A DNA stretch of 60,079 nt, the filler included. It is 9 parts of 9 records of this genome, joined end to end, with 100 filler letters (N's around TTAATTAATTAA, not from the genome) between each part and the next. Parts side by side here need not be neighbours in the genome. Positions count along the whole stretch, not along the records: positions 27,524 to 32,604 come from SRR31156797_42788; positions 32,705 to 38,385 come from SRR31156797_42804; positions 38,486 to 47,949 come from SRR31156797_42908; 6 more parts are not named here. One strand, 5' to 3'. Positions 28,174-38,486 of the stretch are shown piece after piece (the first letter of the stretch is position 1; every line of letters begins with the position of its first letter). Position numbers and translations under genes: made by a program. The notes below the pieces were generated by a model, which was given only the letters and a program-made list of their open reading frames with translations, made no database searches and was not told the origin of the DNA.

Positions 28174-29271
28174 TTAGTCCAGTTTCTTTTCATGCAGGAA
28201 TTTTGAGAGTTCATCTGCCACTTCAAGATTGTTCGTATCCGAGAACGGAAAGTGGGTGTTCCCAATAATTCCAATTTCCGGTAAATGGACAATAGTAACA
28301 TCTCCACCATGACTATTAACAACTTCAGCCCATTGTCTGGCTCTTTCCATAAACACACGCCATTGTTCCTGTCCAGGGTTAGTGCTTGGTTCATCAGGAA
28401 TATTATCCCCGAAATAAATTACAATTGGAATTTGTGTTAATTTTTCAAAATCCTCATCAGGAACTATATTTAAAGCTGTATCCGGTGCATCACTTTCTGG
28501 ATATGGATATCCAATTCCTGGTTCGTATGACACAATAGCTTTAACATTAGAATTTTTAATTGCCGTTACCCAACCTTGTGATCCACTTGCTGAATGTGTA
28601 ACCAAAATACCGGGACCTATTTTATCAAACAAAGCTGAAACTGCATTAGTATTCACTTCCACATCAAATGAGTTAGGACTTGGAACAGCTTGACGGAAAA
28701 ACTGATTTAATGATTCTTCATCACGCGGGAAAGCAACATTATCATAATAATCTGGCCATACTCCTAATCTGAAAATTCCGAACCACAGTTGTTCATCCGG
28801 TGCAACAGGAACAGATATATTTACAGTGCTCTTACCTGCCTCACCACGACGAGGTTGGTCAAGCAAATAGACAGAAAATCCTCTTCTCAGGAAAATATTT
28901 TGAAATCCTTCACGTCCATCAGGAGTAGATTCCCATGTCTTGGTAGATTGTCCATAGCCATGCCAAAACACTAAAGGAAGTTCCCGTGTACTTTCCGGAA
29001 TCTGATAAAAGACATAAGCATGGTCTCCATGAAGGGTTTGTCCAGTAGAATTTGGTCCACTTGGATTATAGGCTCCTTGTAAGATGGGATCAAAAATTCC
29101 CGGTTCTGTAATTACTGTTCCACCAACGGCAAAACTGCCCTGTTCCTCAATAATCAATAATGATTCTGACTCACTACAATTCATTGTTGTAAAAACAAAA
29201 ACTAAGATAGCGACAAGTAATACTGCAGCTACCATTATAATGCTTTTATTTGTTATTCTTCTATTTGTCAT
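28174..29271 (-). CDS. Secreted or membrane-anchored alpha/beta hydrolase (esterase-like)
   Basis: N-terminal TM; EQGSFAVGG, WHG, WESTPDGREG, DQPRRG, THSASG nucleophile elbow, GNTHFPF. Start placed at MTNRR (29271). Confidence 0.85.
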   Translation of the reverse strand: MTNRRITNKSIIMVAAVLLVAILVFVFTTMNCSESESLLIIEEQGSFAVGGTVITEPGIFDPILQGAYNPSGPNSTGQTLHGDHAYVFYQIPESTRELPLVFWHGYGQSTKTWESTPDGREGFQNIFLRRGFSVYLLDQPRRGEAGKSTVNISVPVAPDEQLWFGIFRLGVWPDYYDNVAFPRDEESLNQFFRQAVPSPNSFDVEVNTNAVSALFDKIGPGILVTHSASGSQGWVTAIKNSNVKAIVSYEPGIGYPYPESDAPDTALNIVPDEDFEKLTQIPIVIYFGDNIPDEPSTNPGQEQWRVFMERARQWAEVVNSHGGDVTIVHLPEIGIIGNTHFPFSDTNNLEVADELSKFLHEKKLD

Positions 29272-29481
29272 TTTTTCCCTCTCAAAAAATAAAACATAAA
29301 ATTTATTCTCTTTTGCATCATATCTTGCTACCATATTTGAATGGTGTCAACTAATTTTTGCCATATATTCTGTTTGAGTAATCAGTCATTATGCCCAGTA
29401 AATTTTTAGTTAATCATGACAATATATGATAGACTGCTCAGTCATATATATGATGACTGTACTCATATATAAGACAAAGCA

Positions 29482-29610
29482 TTATAGTATTCTGATAACC
29501 TTTACTGGTACGCCAGCCACGACTGTATTAGGAAGAACATCTTGCATAACGACAGCTGTGGCTGCTACAACATAGTTCCCCCCGATAGTCATACTGGGTA
29601 AAATGGTTAC
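29482..29610 (-). pseudogene. Remnant of a hexapeptide-repeat sugar O-acetyltransferase (C-terminus only)
   Basis: VTILPSMTIGGNYVVAATAVVMQDVLPNTVVAGVPVKVIRIL*, with no upstream body. Confidence 0.75.
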
Positions 29611-29739
29611 AAGTATCAAATGACGTCTGATCATCTTTGTCCAGAAGTGGCAATCTCATACAGCCAAAACCTAGCTTTTTTGTCATTTTAAAATTTTCCT
29701 GTGTTCACCGTTTTATTAAATCGTGTAGATTCAGAAACT

Positions 29740-30279
29740 TCAAGGCATCCTGCTGATCAATTCTAACCAACCAGAAACATCTTTTTTTGCATCACTTACA
29801 CGTGAACCGTGGATAGCGAGCCCTTTCAAAAGTGTCGCTTCCGGGCAAAGTTTTAAAATATCATTTTCACTGCGCCTCATCCCACTTCCTTCATGCGTAC
29901 AGAATGGAACAATAGTCTTTCCTGAAAGGTCATATTCTTCCAGAAATGTGAACACAGGCATTGGCATCGTTCCCCACCAGTTCGGATAACCCAGGAATAT
30001 AACGTTATAAGACTCCATGTTCTCCACATGAACGGAAAGTTCCGGTCTGGCATTTTCATTCAATTCCTTTTTTGCCACGTTGGTGGTTGCAGCATAATCC
30101 TTTGGATAGGGCTTTACTGTATCAATCTGAAAAGCATCACCACCTATTATTTCCCGGATCATGTTGGCCACTACTTTTGTGTTACCTACCGACAGATTCA
30201 CGATCTTTCCACTGACATAATTATTCCCTTTACGAGAATAATAGGCTATCTGAGATTTTCCCTCATTCAAATTCGCCAT
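29740..30279 (-). CDS. Flavodoxin (Flavodoxin_4 type)
   Basis: AYYSR, VGNT, LGYPNWWGTMP, PFCTHEGSG. Confidence 0.9.
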   Translation of the reverse strand: MANLNEGKSQIAYYSRKGNNYVSGKIVNLSVGNTKVVANMIREIIGGDAFQIDTVKPYPKDYAATTNVAKKELNENARPELSVHVENMESYNVIFLGYPNWWGTMPMPVFTFLEEYDLSGKTIVPFCTHEGSGMRRSENDILKLCPEATLLKGLAIHGSRVSDAKKDVSGWLELISRMP

Positions 30280-30329
30280 TTCATCCCACACTTTTTTGTT
30301 TAACGGCACTTAAATATCTCAAATACTGA

Positions 30330-30971
30330 TCACTCTCTAATGAAGTTTGTAAAAATCAGGTCTTCCTTAATAGGGAGTTGCACACCAGCCTTCATGCCAG
30401 CTTCCTTACACTTAAGGAACCATGCCATATTTCGTGCAAGCACACGCATGGTCTGCAATCCTTCAAGATCCTTTTTCACATCTTCCGGCTTTGCTCCATG
30501 AACCATATTCCAGTATCTGGATGAAATTACGGGCATCTCCGAAATGGTAAAATACTTATTAAGCTGGTCAAGTGTGGCTGTGGTTCCTGCTCTGCGTGCA
30601 GAGATAACTGCTGCTGCAGGTTTCAGATAAAACGTATTTCTGCCTCCAAGCAGGTTTGTATAGAATGCACAGTCCATAAAAGAGGTTATAGCGCCAGTGG
30701 CAGCGGCATAGTGTACAGGTGAACCGAAGAAAAATCCATCAGCATCTTTGGCAATGTCAAGGAAATCGTTGACTTTATCGTTAAATGCACACTTTCCAGT
30801 TTTGGCACAGCTCCTGCATGCAGTGCACCCGGATAGTGGTTTTTTCCCAATCCAAAAAATCTCTGTGTCGATACCTTCTTCTTTCAATGTCTCTGCTACT
30901 TCCGTAAGAGCGGTACAGGTGCAACCTTTCTCACGCGGACTTCCGTTTACTAATAATACTTTCATTTTCAT
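30330..30971 (-). CDS. Iron-sulfur flavoprotein (Isf) / FMN reductase family
   Basis: NGSPR, CTACRSCAKTGKC, GSPVHY, SARRAGT, SSRYWNMVHG. Confidence 0.9.
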   Translation of the reverse strand: MKMKVLLVNGSPREKGCTCTALTEVAETLKEEGIDTEIFWIGKKPLSGCTACRSCAKTGKCAFNDKVNDFLDIAKDADGFFFGSPVHYAAATGAITSFMDCAFYTNLLGGRNTFYLKPAAAVISARRAGTTATLDQLNKYFTISEMPVISSRYWNMVHGAKPEDVKKDLEGLQTMRVLARNMAWFLKCKEAGMKAGVQLPIKEDLIFTNFIRE

Positions 30972-30986
30972 ACCTCGTTGTCATAA

Positions 30987-31408
30987 TCACAAATTGTTGT
31001 ACTCATCATCTGCTACCGGTTCCAGCCATTCAGCAGGGCCAGCATTGACATTCGTCTCAACAGAAAGGTGTACGAACCAGCTGTCATGTGCTGCACCATG
31101 CCAGTGCTTTACGTCCGGAGCTACTGTTACTACATCACCTAGTTTAAGTTCCCATGCAGGTTTTCCTTCCTCCTGGTAATAACCACGTCCACCTGTAACT
31201 AGCAGGATCTGTCCTCCAGCATGCTTATGCCAGTTATTCCGACAACCTGGCTCGAATGTCACATTGCCGATGGGAAAATTGAATTCATTATCCCTTCCCA
31301 CCAGCATGCAAGCCATGCATTACCTGAAAAAGACTTGCTGAACATTTCAGGAAGCTGCTCTCCTTTCGGGAAGATCACGCTTTCACTTAGATCATTTGAA
31401 TTAATCAT
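30987..31408 (-). pseudogene. Cupin domain protein with a 1-bp frameshift near 31310
   Basis: MINSNDLSESVIFPKGEQLP...FSGNAWL in one frame continues as MLVGRDNEFNFPIGNVTFEPGCRNNWHKH...WHGA in another. Confidence 0.8.
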
Positions 31409-31476
31409 TTTTTGAAGCTCCTTTGATTTTTATAATGCCGTTTTTTAAGTTGTAAAAAATAATGAGTTGAAAATCC

Positions 31477-32604
31477 TTACTTGTAGGAAGTCTCGTAGAT
31501 GGCAACACAGTCATCAATACTAAGCTCGTTCCTGTCACATGTAAACAAAAAGCCCATGGTATCCTTTGCGTTCTTAGCCATTGTCTCGAATTCGTCAGGT
31601 TTGATGCCATAATCGGACATCCTGAGGTCTGCAACTCCACAGTCTTCCTGCAATTTTACAAGCATTTTGATGAAATCCATCGGCTCTTTGGCATCCTCCA
31701 TTCCCATGATCTTTGCCATTTGTACGAACCTGTCATCACAAATATGCTTGTCAATAAAATGAGTGAAATACGCCTTGCTGATCATGATAAGACCGGCACC
31801 ATGCGGAAGTTCCTGGTGATAGGCTGACATTGCATGTTCCAGTGAATGCTGACTAGTGACAAGACCTACACACATCACTGTACCGGAAAGAGTATTCCCG
31901 AAAGCAACCTTTTCACGTGCATCCAGATCATTCCCATTCTTCACAGTTTTTGCAAGATTTTTTGCAATATTCTCTATTGCGGTGATGGCATACATGTCGC
32001 TCATAAGATTGGCACCGTTGGAAACGTACCCTTCAACGCTGTGGAATAATGCATCAAATCCCTGGTATGCAGTAAACTTTGGTGGTACGGTCAGCATAAG
32101 CTCAGGATCGACAATAGCCAGGGCAGGGAATAGTTCCTCGTGTACAAATCCGGTCTTCTCATGCTTTTCTTCGTGAGTGATCACTGTGCCCGGGTCGGTC
32201 TCTGAGCCTGTTCCGGCTGTAGTTGTAATGGCCATGATAGGCAGAGGGCTGTTCTTTAAAGGCATTCCTTTTCCGCTACCTGAAGGAATATAGTCCCAAT
32301 AATCACCTTCGTTTGTAGCCATTACAGCAATGCCTTTGCTGCATCCATGCAGCTTCCACCACCTAAAGCGACAATAAAATCACAGTTATTCTCTTTTGCA
32401 AAAACACCGCCAGCCATAACTGTTGATCTTAATGGGTTTGCTTCAACTTTGTCAAACACTACAGTTTCCACACCTGCTATTTTCAGTTGCTCTTCGGTCC
32501 TTGCAAGATAGCCGGTCTCTCTTGCAGACTTGTCGTTAGAGACAACTATTATAACTTTCTTGCCAGGCATTTTCTGCTCATGCAGATTATTTAATTGACC
32601 AGCA
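31477..32604 (-). pseudogene. Iron-containing alcohol dehydrogenase with a 1-bp frameshift near 32333 (5' partial)
   Basis: VEANP, ALGGGSCMDAAK, then a frame change to (G)IAVMATNEGDYWDY, TTTAGTGSE, GFDALFHSVEG, HSLEH, PHG. Confidence 0.85.
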
Positions 32605-32704
32605 NNNNNNNNNNNNNNNNNNNNNNNNNNNNNNNNNNNNNNNNNNNNTTAATTAATTAANNNNNNNNNNNNNNNNNNNNNNNNNNNNNNNNNNNNNNNN
32701 NNNN

Positions 32705-33039
32705 GCGAAGAAAAATTGAACAAGCTTTTTCTTATCAAACGGGGAGAGGCAAGGATTGTCAGAAAAACCAACGATGGGCAGGTCGTTATCTGCCGGTTAG
32801 GCAAAGGGGACTATTTCGGGCACCTCCCCTTTATGCATCTCGGCCAGGAACCCGAATTTGCATCGGTTTACGGTTCTGAAGGACTTGATCTTGTTCAAAT
32901 CGATGGGGCAAAACTGCAAAGCGAGTATGACCGGCTCTCAACTACATTTAAAAATATCGTAGACAATATGGCAACCTGCATGGTCGTCACATCGGATCTG
33001 GCGGATAATCCCGCTTTCGTCAAAGGGGAGACTGTCTAA
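32705..33039 (+). CDS. Cyclic nucleotide-binding domain protein (5' partial)
   Basis: LFLIKRGEARI...LGKGDYFG...ASV cNMP-binding pattern. Confidence 0.75.
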
Positions 33040-33079
33040 ACGTTCAGCGATCCGGCAACGAAAATGATCGAAAAGGTAA

Positions 33080-33439
33080 ATGCAAATGACTGAAAAGAGA
33101 CAATATTCCAGGGTGGACTCTATCTTTTTGATCACCTATGTACATCTTGATAAAGATGGTCATCAGATTATGCAGGGGATGGGACGGACGATCAATGTGT
33201 CCGAATCGGGCATTATGTTGGAAACCCATGTCGCCCTTGATACCCATGCACACATGGATGTCGTCGTTGGACTTCAGGAGGAGATGGTTACGATACGCGG
33301 AAAAGTGATTTTTTCCCATCCTTCAGATCCCGCAAGATTCCAGTCCGGTATCGAATTCCTTGATATCGAGTATCCCTCTTTACAGCTCCTACGCCGCTAT
33401 ATTCAAGCCTTCAAGGAAAAATCTGTGCAAGAAAAATAA
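33080..33439 (+). CDS. PilZ domain protein
   Basis: EKRQYSR (RxxxR) and NVSESG ((D/N)xSxxG), GIEF. Confidence 0.85.
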   Translation: MQMTEKRQYSRVDSIFLITYVHLDKDGHQIMQGMGRTINVSESGIMLETHVALDTHAHMDVVVGLQEEMVTIRGKVIFSHPSDPARFQSGIEFLDIEYPSLQLLRRYIQAFKEKSVQEK

Positions 33440-33526
33440 GATTTTTACTTGACACGGGCTCAATCAAAGGTATTTTCCTACCTGAAAACATTCTTTCAGA
33501 TTAACAAAAGAAGAGGAAGAAAGTAA

Positions 33527-34423
33527 ATGACCCGTGTCGTCCAAAAAACCGATTTTCCTGATTTAAAGCTGCTCCAGCGTGGAAAAGTAAGAGACATGTA
33601 TGATCTCGGCGATGCCTATTTAATGGTAACGACGGATCGCATGTCCGCGTTCGACGTGATTCTGCCGGAGCCTATTCCGGATAAAGGCGTCGTTTTAACC
33701 CAGATTTCATTGTTTTGGTTCGATCGCATGTCCTCCTTGGTTGAGAACCACGTTATTACCGATGATGTTTCCAAATACCCGGCGTCTTGCCAACCATATG
33801 CCGAAGATCTGGAAGGTCGAAGTCTTCTGGTAAAAAAGGCCAAACCCCTTCCCGTTGAATGCGTTGTGCGTGGTTACATCACCGGCTCCGGATGGAAATC
33901 CTATAAAAAAGATGGAACGGTGTGTGGTATCCAACTTCCTGCCGGACTTGTGGAGTCCGAGAAACTTGCCGAACCCATTTTTACGCCATCTACCAAAGAA
34001 GAGTTGGGAAAACACGACATCAATATCGATTTTGATGAAATGGTCAGGCGCATAGGCGTTTCAGTGGCACAAAAAGTAAAAGACCTCTCCCTGGCGATTT
34101 ATAATGAAGGGGCGAAAATTGCCGCTGAAAAAGGTATTCTAATTGCGGACACAAAGTTCGAATTCGGCTTGGTGGACGATGAGGTAATTCTTATCGATGA
34201 AGTATTGACCCCTGATTCCTCACGATTCTGGTCCGAAGCGACCTATACACCGGGCGGATCACAGGATAGCTTCGACAAGCAATACCTTCGGGATTACCTT
34301 GTTTCAATAAATTGGGATAAAACACCACCGGGACCGAACCTGCCGAAAGAAGTGGTCGATAATACACGAGTAAAATATGTTGAAGCATTGACGCTGCTGT
34401 CTGGAAAAAACCTTGGATTATGA
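33527..34423 (+). CDS. purC: SAICAR synthetase
   Basis: [48 protein letters not shown]. Confidence 0.97.
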   Translation: MTRVVQKTDFPDLKLLQRGKVRDMYDLGDAYLMVTTDRMSAFDVILPEPIPDKGVVLTQISLFWFDRMSSLVENHVITDDVSKYPASCQPYAEDLEGRSLLVKKAKPLPVECVVRGYITGSGWKSYKKDGTVCGIQLPAGLVESEKLAEPIFTPSTKEELGKHDINIDFDEMVRRIGVSVAQKVKDLSLAIYNEGAKIAAEKGILIADTKFEFGLVDDEVILIDEVLTPDSSRFWSEATYTPGGSQDSFDKQYLRDYLVSINWDKTPPGPNLPKEVVDNTRVKYVEALTLLSGKNLGL

Positions 34424-35360
34424 TACGGTAGAGATTCCACTGGCGAGAATCAATCCAACGGATCTCACCTATCGGATATCTACCGACGAAGACACTACCG
34501 CTCTGGCGCTGTCCATCAGCGCCATCGGTTTGATCCATCTTCCCTGCCTGGTAAAAAGAGGATCTTCTTTTACTGTAATAAGCGGATTTCGTAGGATTTC
34601 GGCCTGCAGGTCATTGGGTTTCGAAAGCCTACCGGCCCGACTTTATTCACCCGATTTAAAAAAAGAACTGTATGCACGGATTGCCATTGACGAGAATGCG
34701 TTGCAACGCCCTTTGAACATTGTCGAGCAATCCCGTGCGTACCAACTCCTTCTGGGCTGTAGTGATTCAGAGAGCGATACCCGGGCTTTCGCAAAGTCTG
34801 TCGGGCTCCCATATAAAAAAAAAGCATTGGCGCACATCGGGTCCATCGCAAAAATGCCTGATTTTCTTCAACGGTCGATTCTGGAGGGAGTGATGGCTGT
34901 TTCCGTTGCCTCTCAGCTTTGTCGATGGGAATCGGGGGATGCGAAATTGTTGAACGATCTGTTCAAACGGTTATCTCCCGGTTTAAACGTTCAACGGGAG
35001 CTCTTGACATTGCTCACCGAAATTTCCTTAAGGGACAACACTCCCATCGGGCAGCTCCTTCAACGTGCGTCACTGGAAGACAATGGATCCGAAGAAGGAA
35101 AATCAGCTCCACAGAAACTCCAGGAGATCCGGAGCCATTTAAAAAAGGTTCGATTTCCTTCGTTGAGCAGCCGTGAAGCTGCGTTTTACCAAACACTCAA
35201 ATCGATGAAAATCGACTCGCGCATTCAAACGCTCCCCCCACGCTTTTTTGAAAGCAACACCTTTAGGGTGACATTGAATATCGATTCTCGCACCCAGTTG
35301 CGCTCCCTGTTGCCGGAATTGACTAAACTGATCAACCATCCCGATTTTCTACCCGAATAG
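34413..35360 (+). CDS. ParB N-terminal (ParB/Srx) domain protein
   Basis: [37 protein letters not shown]. Confidence 0.75.
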   Translation: MDYDTVEIPLARINPTDLTYRISTDEDTTALALSISAIGLIHLPCLVKRGSSFTVISGFRRISACRSLGFESLPARLYSPDLKKELYARIAIDENALQRPLNIVEQSRAYQLLLGCSDSESDTRAFAKSVGLPYKKKALAHIGSIAKMPDFLQRSILEGVMAVSVASQLCRWESGDAKLLNDLFKRLSPGLNVQRELLTLLTEISLRDNTPIGQLLQRASLEDNGSEEGKSAPQKLQEIRSHLKKVRFPSLSSREAAFYQTLKSMKIDSRIQTLPPRFFESNTFRVTLNIDSRTQLRSLLPELTKLINHPDFLPE

Positions 35361-35660
35361 CCTTCTCCCAAGATGCCAGTTTAAAAATTGGACCCTGAAC
35401 CCTGTGGCGTGGTTCCGCATTTCTACCCGCGGCCAATCTTAATATTGTCGAATTGTTTAACGAACGGTCAAATGCCAGATTTGGGTTTGATCGTTGAACG
35501 ATGCGTTTTTTTGAAAAATGCCCGATTTCACGCCATATTGGGACCTCTGTAGTTTTAGGCAAAAAAATATTAAAAACTAAAAAAAATGAATATAAAACAC
35601 TTGACAAGTCTAACATATGATTTGTAGATTATAATAAAAAATAAATGGAATTCATTTTTT

Positions 35661-36293
35661 ATGGGAATCAGGGAGAGAAAAGAGAGAGAACGTGAGCGCA
35701 GAAGGCAGCAAATCATGGTCGCTGCCAAAAGGGTTTTCACCGTTAAAGGATTCAGCAAGGCCACGATGGAGGACATTGCAAAGGAAGCAGAATTGAGTCC
35801 CGGAACCCTCTACCTCTATTTTAAAAATAAAAATGAGTTGTACGCCTCCCTTTCACTTCGAATTCTTCAATACCTGATGATTCGTCTGGAACATGTCAGC
35901 AATGAACCCGTTTCCGATGCAACACAACGTCTGAGGGCCTTAAAAAATGCCATGTACGATGTTTATGAGTTCGATCCCCTCATACTCATAAACATGTTTC
36001 ACATGCAATCCAGCGAAACGCTGAAGAAGCTGTCTCCCGACCTGCTCGGCCAAATTAAAACACTGAGCCGTAGTGCATTGAAAGTAATGTCGGATATCTT
36101 CGAGGATGGAATAAACAAAAATCGATTTGTCGGTCATCGACCCACGGCCATTGCAGACATTCTCTGGTCGCTTTTCAGCGGAATTGTTCTTTGGGAAACA
36201 AGCAAAAGAATGATCAATGGAAACGAAGATGTCCTAAAAGAAACATTTGATACAGCATTCGAAATATTTTCAAGAGGTATTCTGCAACAATAG
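35661..36293 (+). CDS. TetR/AcrR family transcriptional regulator
   Basis: AAKRVFTVKGFSKATMEDIAKEAELSPGTLYLYFKNK. Confidence 0.95.
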   Translation: MGIRERKERERERRRQQIMVAAKRVFTVKGFSKATMEDIAKEAELSPGTLYLYFKNKNELYASLSLRILQYLMIRLEHVSNEPVSDATQRLRALKNAMYDVYEFDPLILINMFHMQSSETLKKLSPDLLGQIKTLSRSALKVMSDIFEDGINKNRFVGHRPTAIADILWSLFSGIVLWETSKRMINGNEDVLKETFDTAFEIFSRGILQQ

Positions 36294-36472
36294 AATCCAA
36301 ATGATGACTATTTACTACAATAGCACCATTTAGGGAGAGGAAAGGGGGGATTGAAAATGAGGTAGGGAAATCCTTTCAATTATCCAGGCTGGAGCGTGGG
36401 GGCCTTAAATTGAGGGAATGACCAAAAAGTCGTGTCAACGAACCTTTTAACTTTAATTGGAGGAGTGCAAAA

Positions 36473-38385
36473 ATGGCCGACAAAGAAGTCGTTGAAACAT
36501 CAGAGGCGCAAATCGCCGTACACTGGAAGGAAGAGGGGTACTACTATCCATCAACTGAATTCGTAGCTCAGGCGAACATGGCGGATAAAAGTATTTACGA
36601 CCGAATGAGCCTGGATAACTTCCCCCAATGCTTTAAAGAGTATGCTGACCTTCTAGATTGGTACGAATACTGGGAAGAGATCCTCGATACCAGCGATGCA
36701 CCCTGCTACAAATGGTTTAAGGGCGGCAAAATAAATGCCAGCTACAACTGCATCGACCGGCATTTGAAAGAGAACAAGAACAAAACAGCCATTCATTTCG
36801 TCCCCGAGCCGTTAGAGGAGGGCTACCAGCACATTACCTACCAAGAGCTTTTTGTACGGGTAAACGAATTTGCAGCGCTGCTTAGGGATTTTGCCGGTTT
36901 GAAAAGAGGAGACCGGGTTACCCTGCACATGCCCATGATCCCCGAGCTACCCATCACCATGCTGGCCTGCGCCAGGCTTGGAGTCATCCACTCCCAGGTT
37001 TTTGGAGGTTTCAGCGGTACGGCTTGTGCCGATAGAATCGTCGATTCGGGCAGCAACGTCCTGATTACCGCTGATGCGTACTACCGCAGCGGCACACTTC
37101 TGGATCACAAGCAAAATGCGGACATTGCCGTCGAACATGCAGCCAAAGATGGGCAAAAGGTTGACAAAGTACTGGTATGGCAAAGATATGCCGGAAAGTA
37201 CTCTGCTGAAACGCCCATGGTCGATGGACGTGATTTCTTTGTCAATGACGTGTTGAAGGATTTTTATGGTGCGCGAGTCGAGCCGGAGAAAATGAACTCG
37301 GAGGACCCGCTATTTCTAATGTATACCAGCGGAACAACCGGAAAACCAAAGGGATGCCAGCACGGTACCGGTGGTTATCTCTCCTACGTCACGGGAACTT
37401 CGAAATATGTTCAGGATATTCATCCGGAGGATGTCTACTGGTGCATGGCAGATATCGGATGGATCACCGGTCATTCGTATATTGTATACGGTCCTTTGGC
37501 CAACTGTGCGTCCACAGTTATTTATGAAGGTGTCCCCACCTATCCGGATGCCGGTCGATCCTGGCGTATCGCCCAGGATCTGGACGTGAATATTTTCCAT
37601 ACTGCGCCCACGGCCATCCGCGCATTGAGAAAACTCGGTCCGGATGAACCGGCAAAGTACAACTATCATTTCAAGCATATGACAACCGTTGGCGAACCCA
37701 TCGAGCCGGAAGTCTGGAAGTGGTACCACAAAGAAGTGGGAAAGGGAGAAGCCATTATTGTCGATACCTGGTGGCAGACGGAAACCGGCGGTTTTCTCTG
37801 CAGCACCCTGCCTGCACTTACGCCAATGAAGCCGGGAAGTGCCGGACCCGGCATGCCGGGCATTCACCCCATCATTTACGACGATGAGGGGGCCGTATTA
37901 CCTCAAGGTGCAGGAAAAGCGGGAAATATCTGCATTCAGAATCCCTGGCCGGGTATGTTTATGACAATCTGGGGAGACAGAGATCGGTTTGTAGACACCT
38001 ACTTTACCCGCTATTGCAAGGATCCCAATAGCAAGGATTGGCGCGATTGGCCCTACCTGACTGGCGATGCCGCTGTGGAGGCTGAAGATGGGTATTTCCG
38101 TATTCTGGGACGCATCGATGATGTCATCAATGTTTCCGGTCACCGTTTGGGCACCAAAGAGATCGAATCCGCCGCCCTGGTTTGCCCTGAAGTTGCTGAA
38201 GCGGCTGTGGTTCCGGTCTCTCATGAGATCAAAGGGAAGGAGCCGGATCTGTACATCGCTCTGAAACCTGGGATCGAGGCCAGTGATGAAATCGCAAAAA
38301 AGATTAACGATACGGTGTGTGATGAAATTGGAAAGATTGCGAAACCTCGGAAGGTCTGGATCGTCAAGGACATGCCTAAAACCCG
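36473..38385 (+). CDS. acs: Acetate-CoA ligase (3' partial)
   Basis: YTSGTTGKPKG, ADIGWITGHSY, DTWWQTETG, GRIDDVINVSGHRLGT, MPKT. Confidence 0.96.
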
Positions 38386-38486
38386 NNNNNNNNNNNNNNN
38401 NNNNNNNNNNNNNNNNNNNNNNNNNNNNNTTAATTAATTAANNNNNNNNNNNNNNNNNNNNNNNNNNNNNNNNNNNNNNNNNNNNT

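Noticed and set aside
27524-32604. Possible pyrrolysine or selenocysteine readthrough explaining the split genes
   Set aside because: The breaks are frameshifts, not in-frame TAG or TGA codons.
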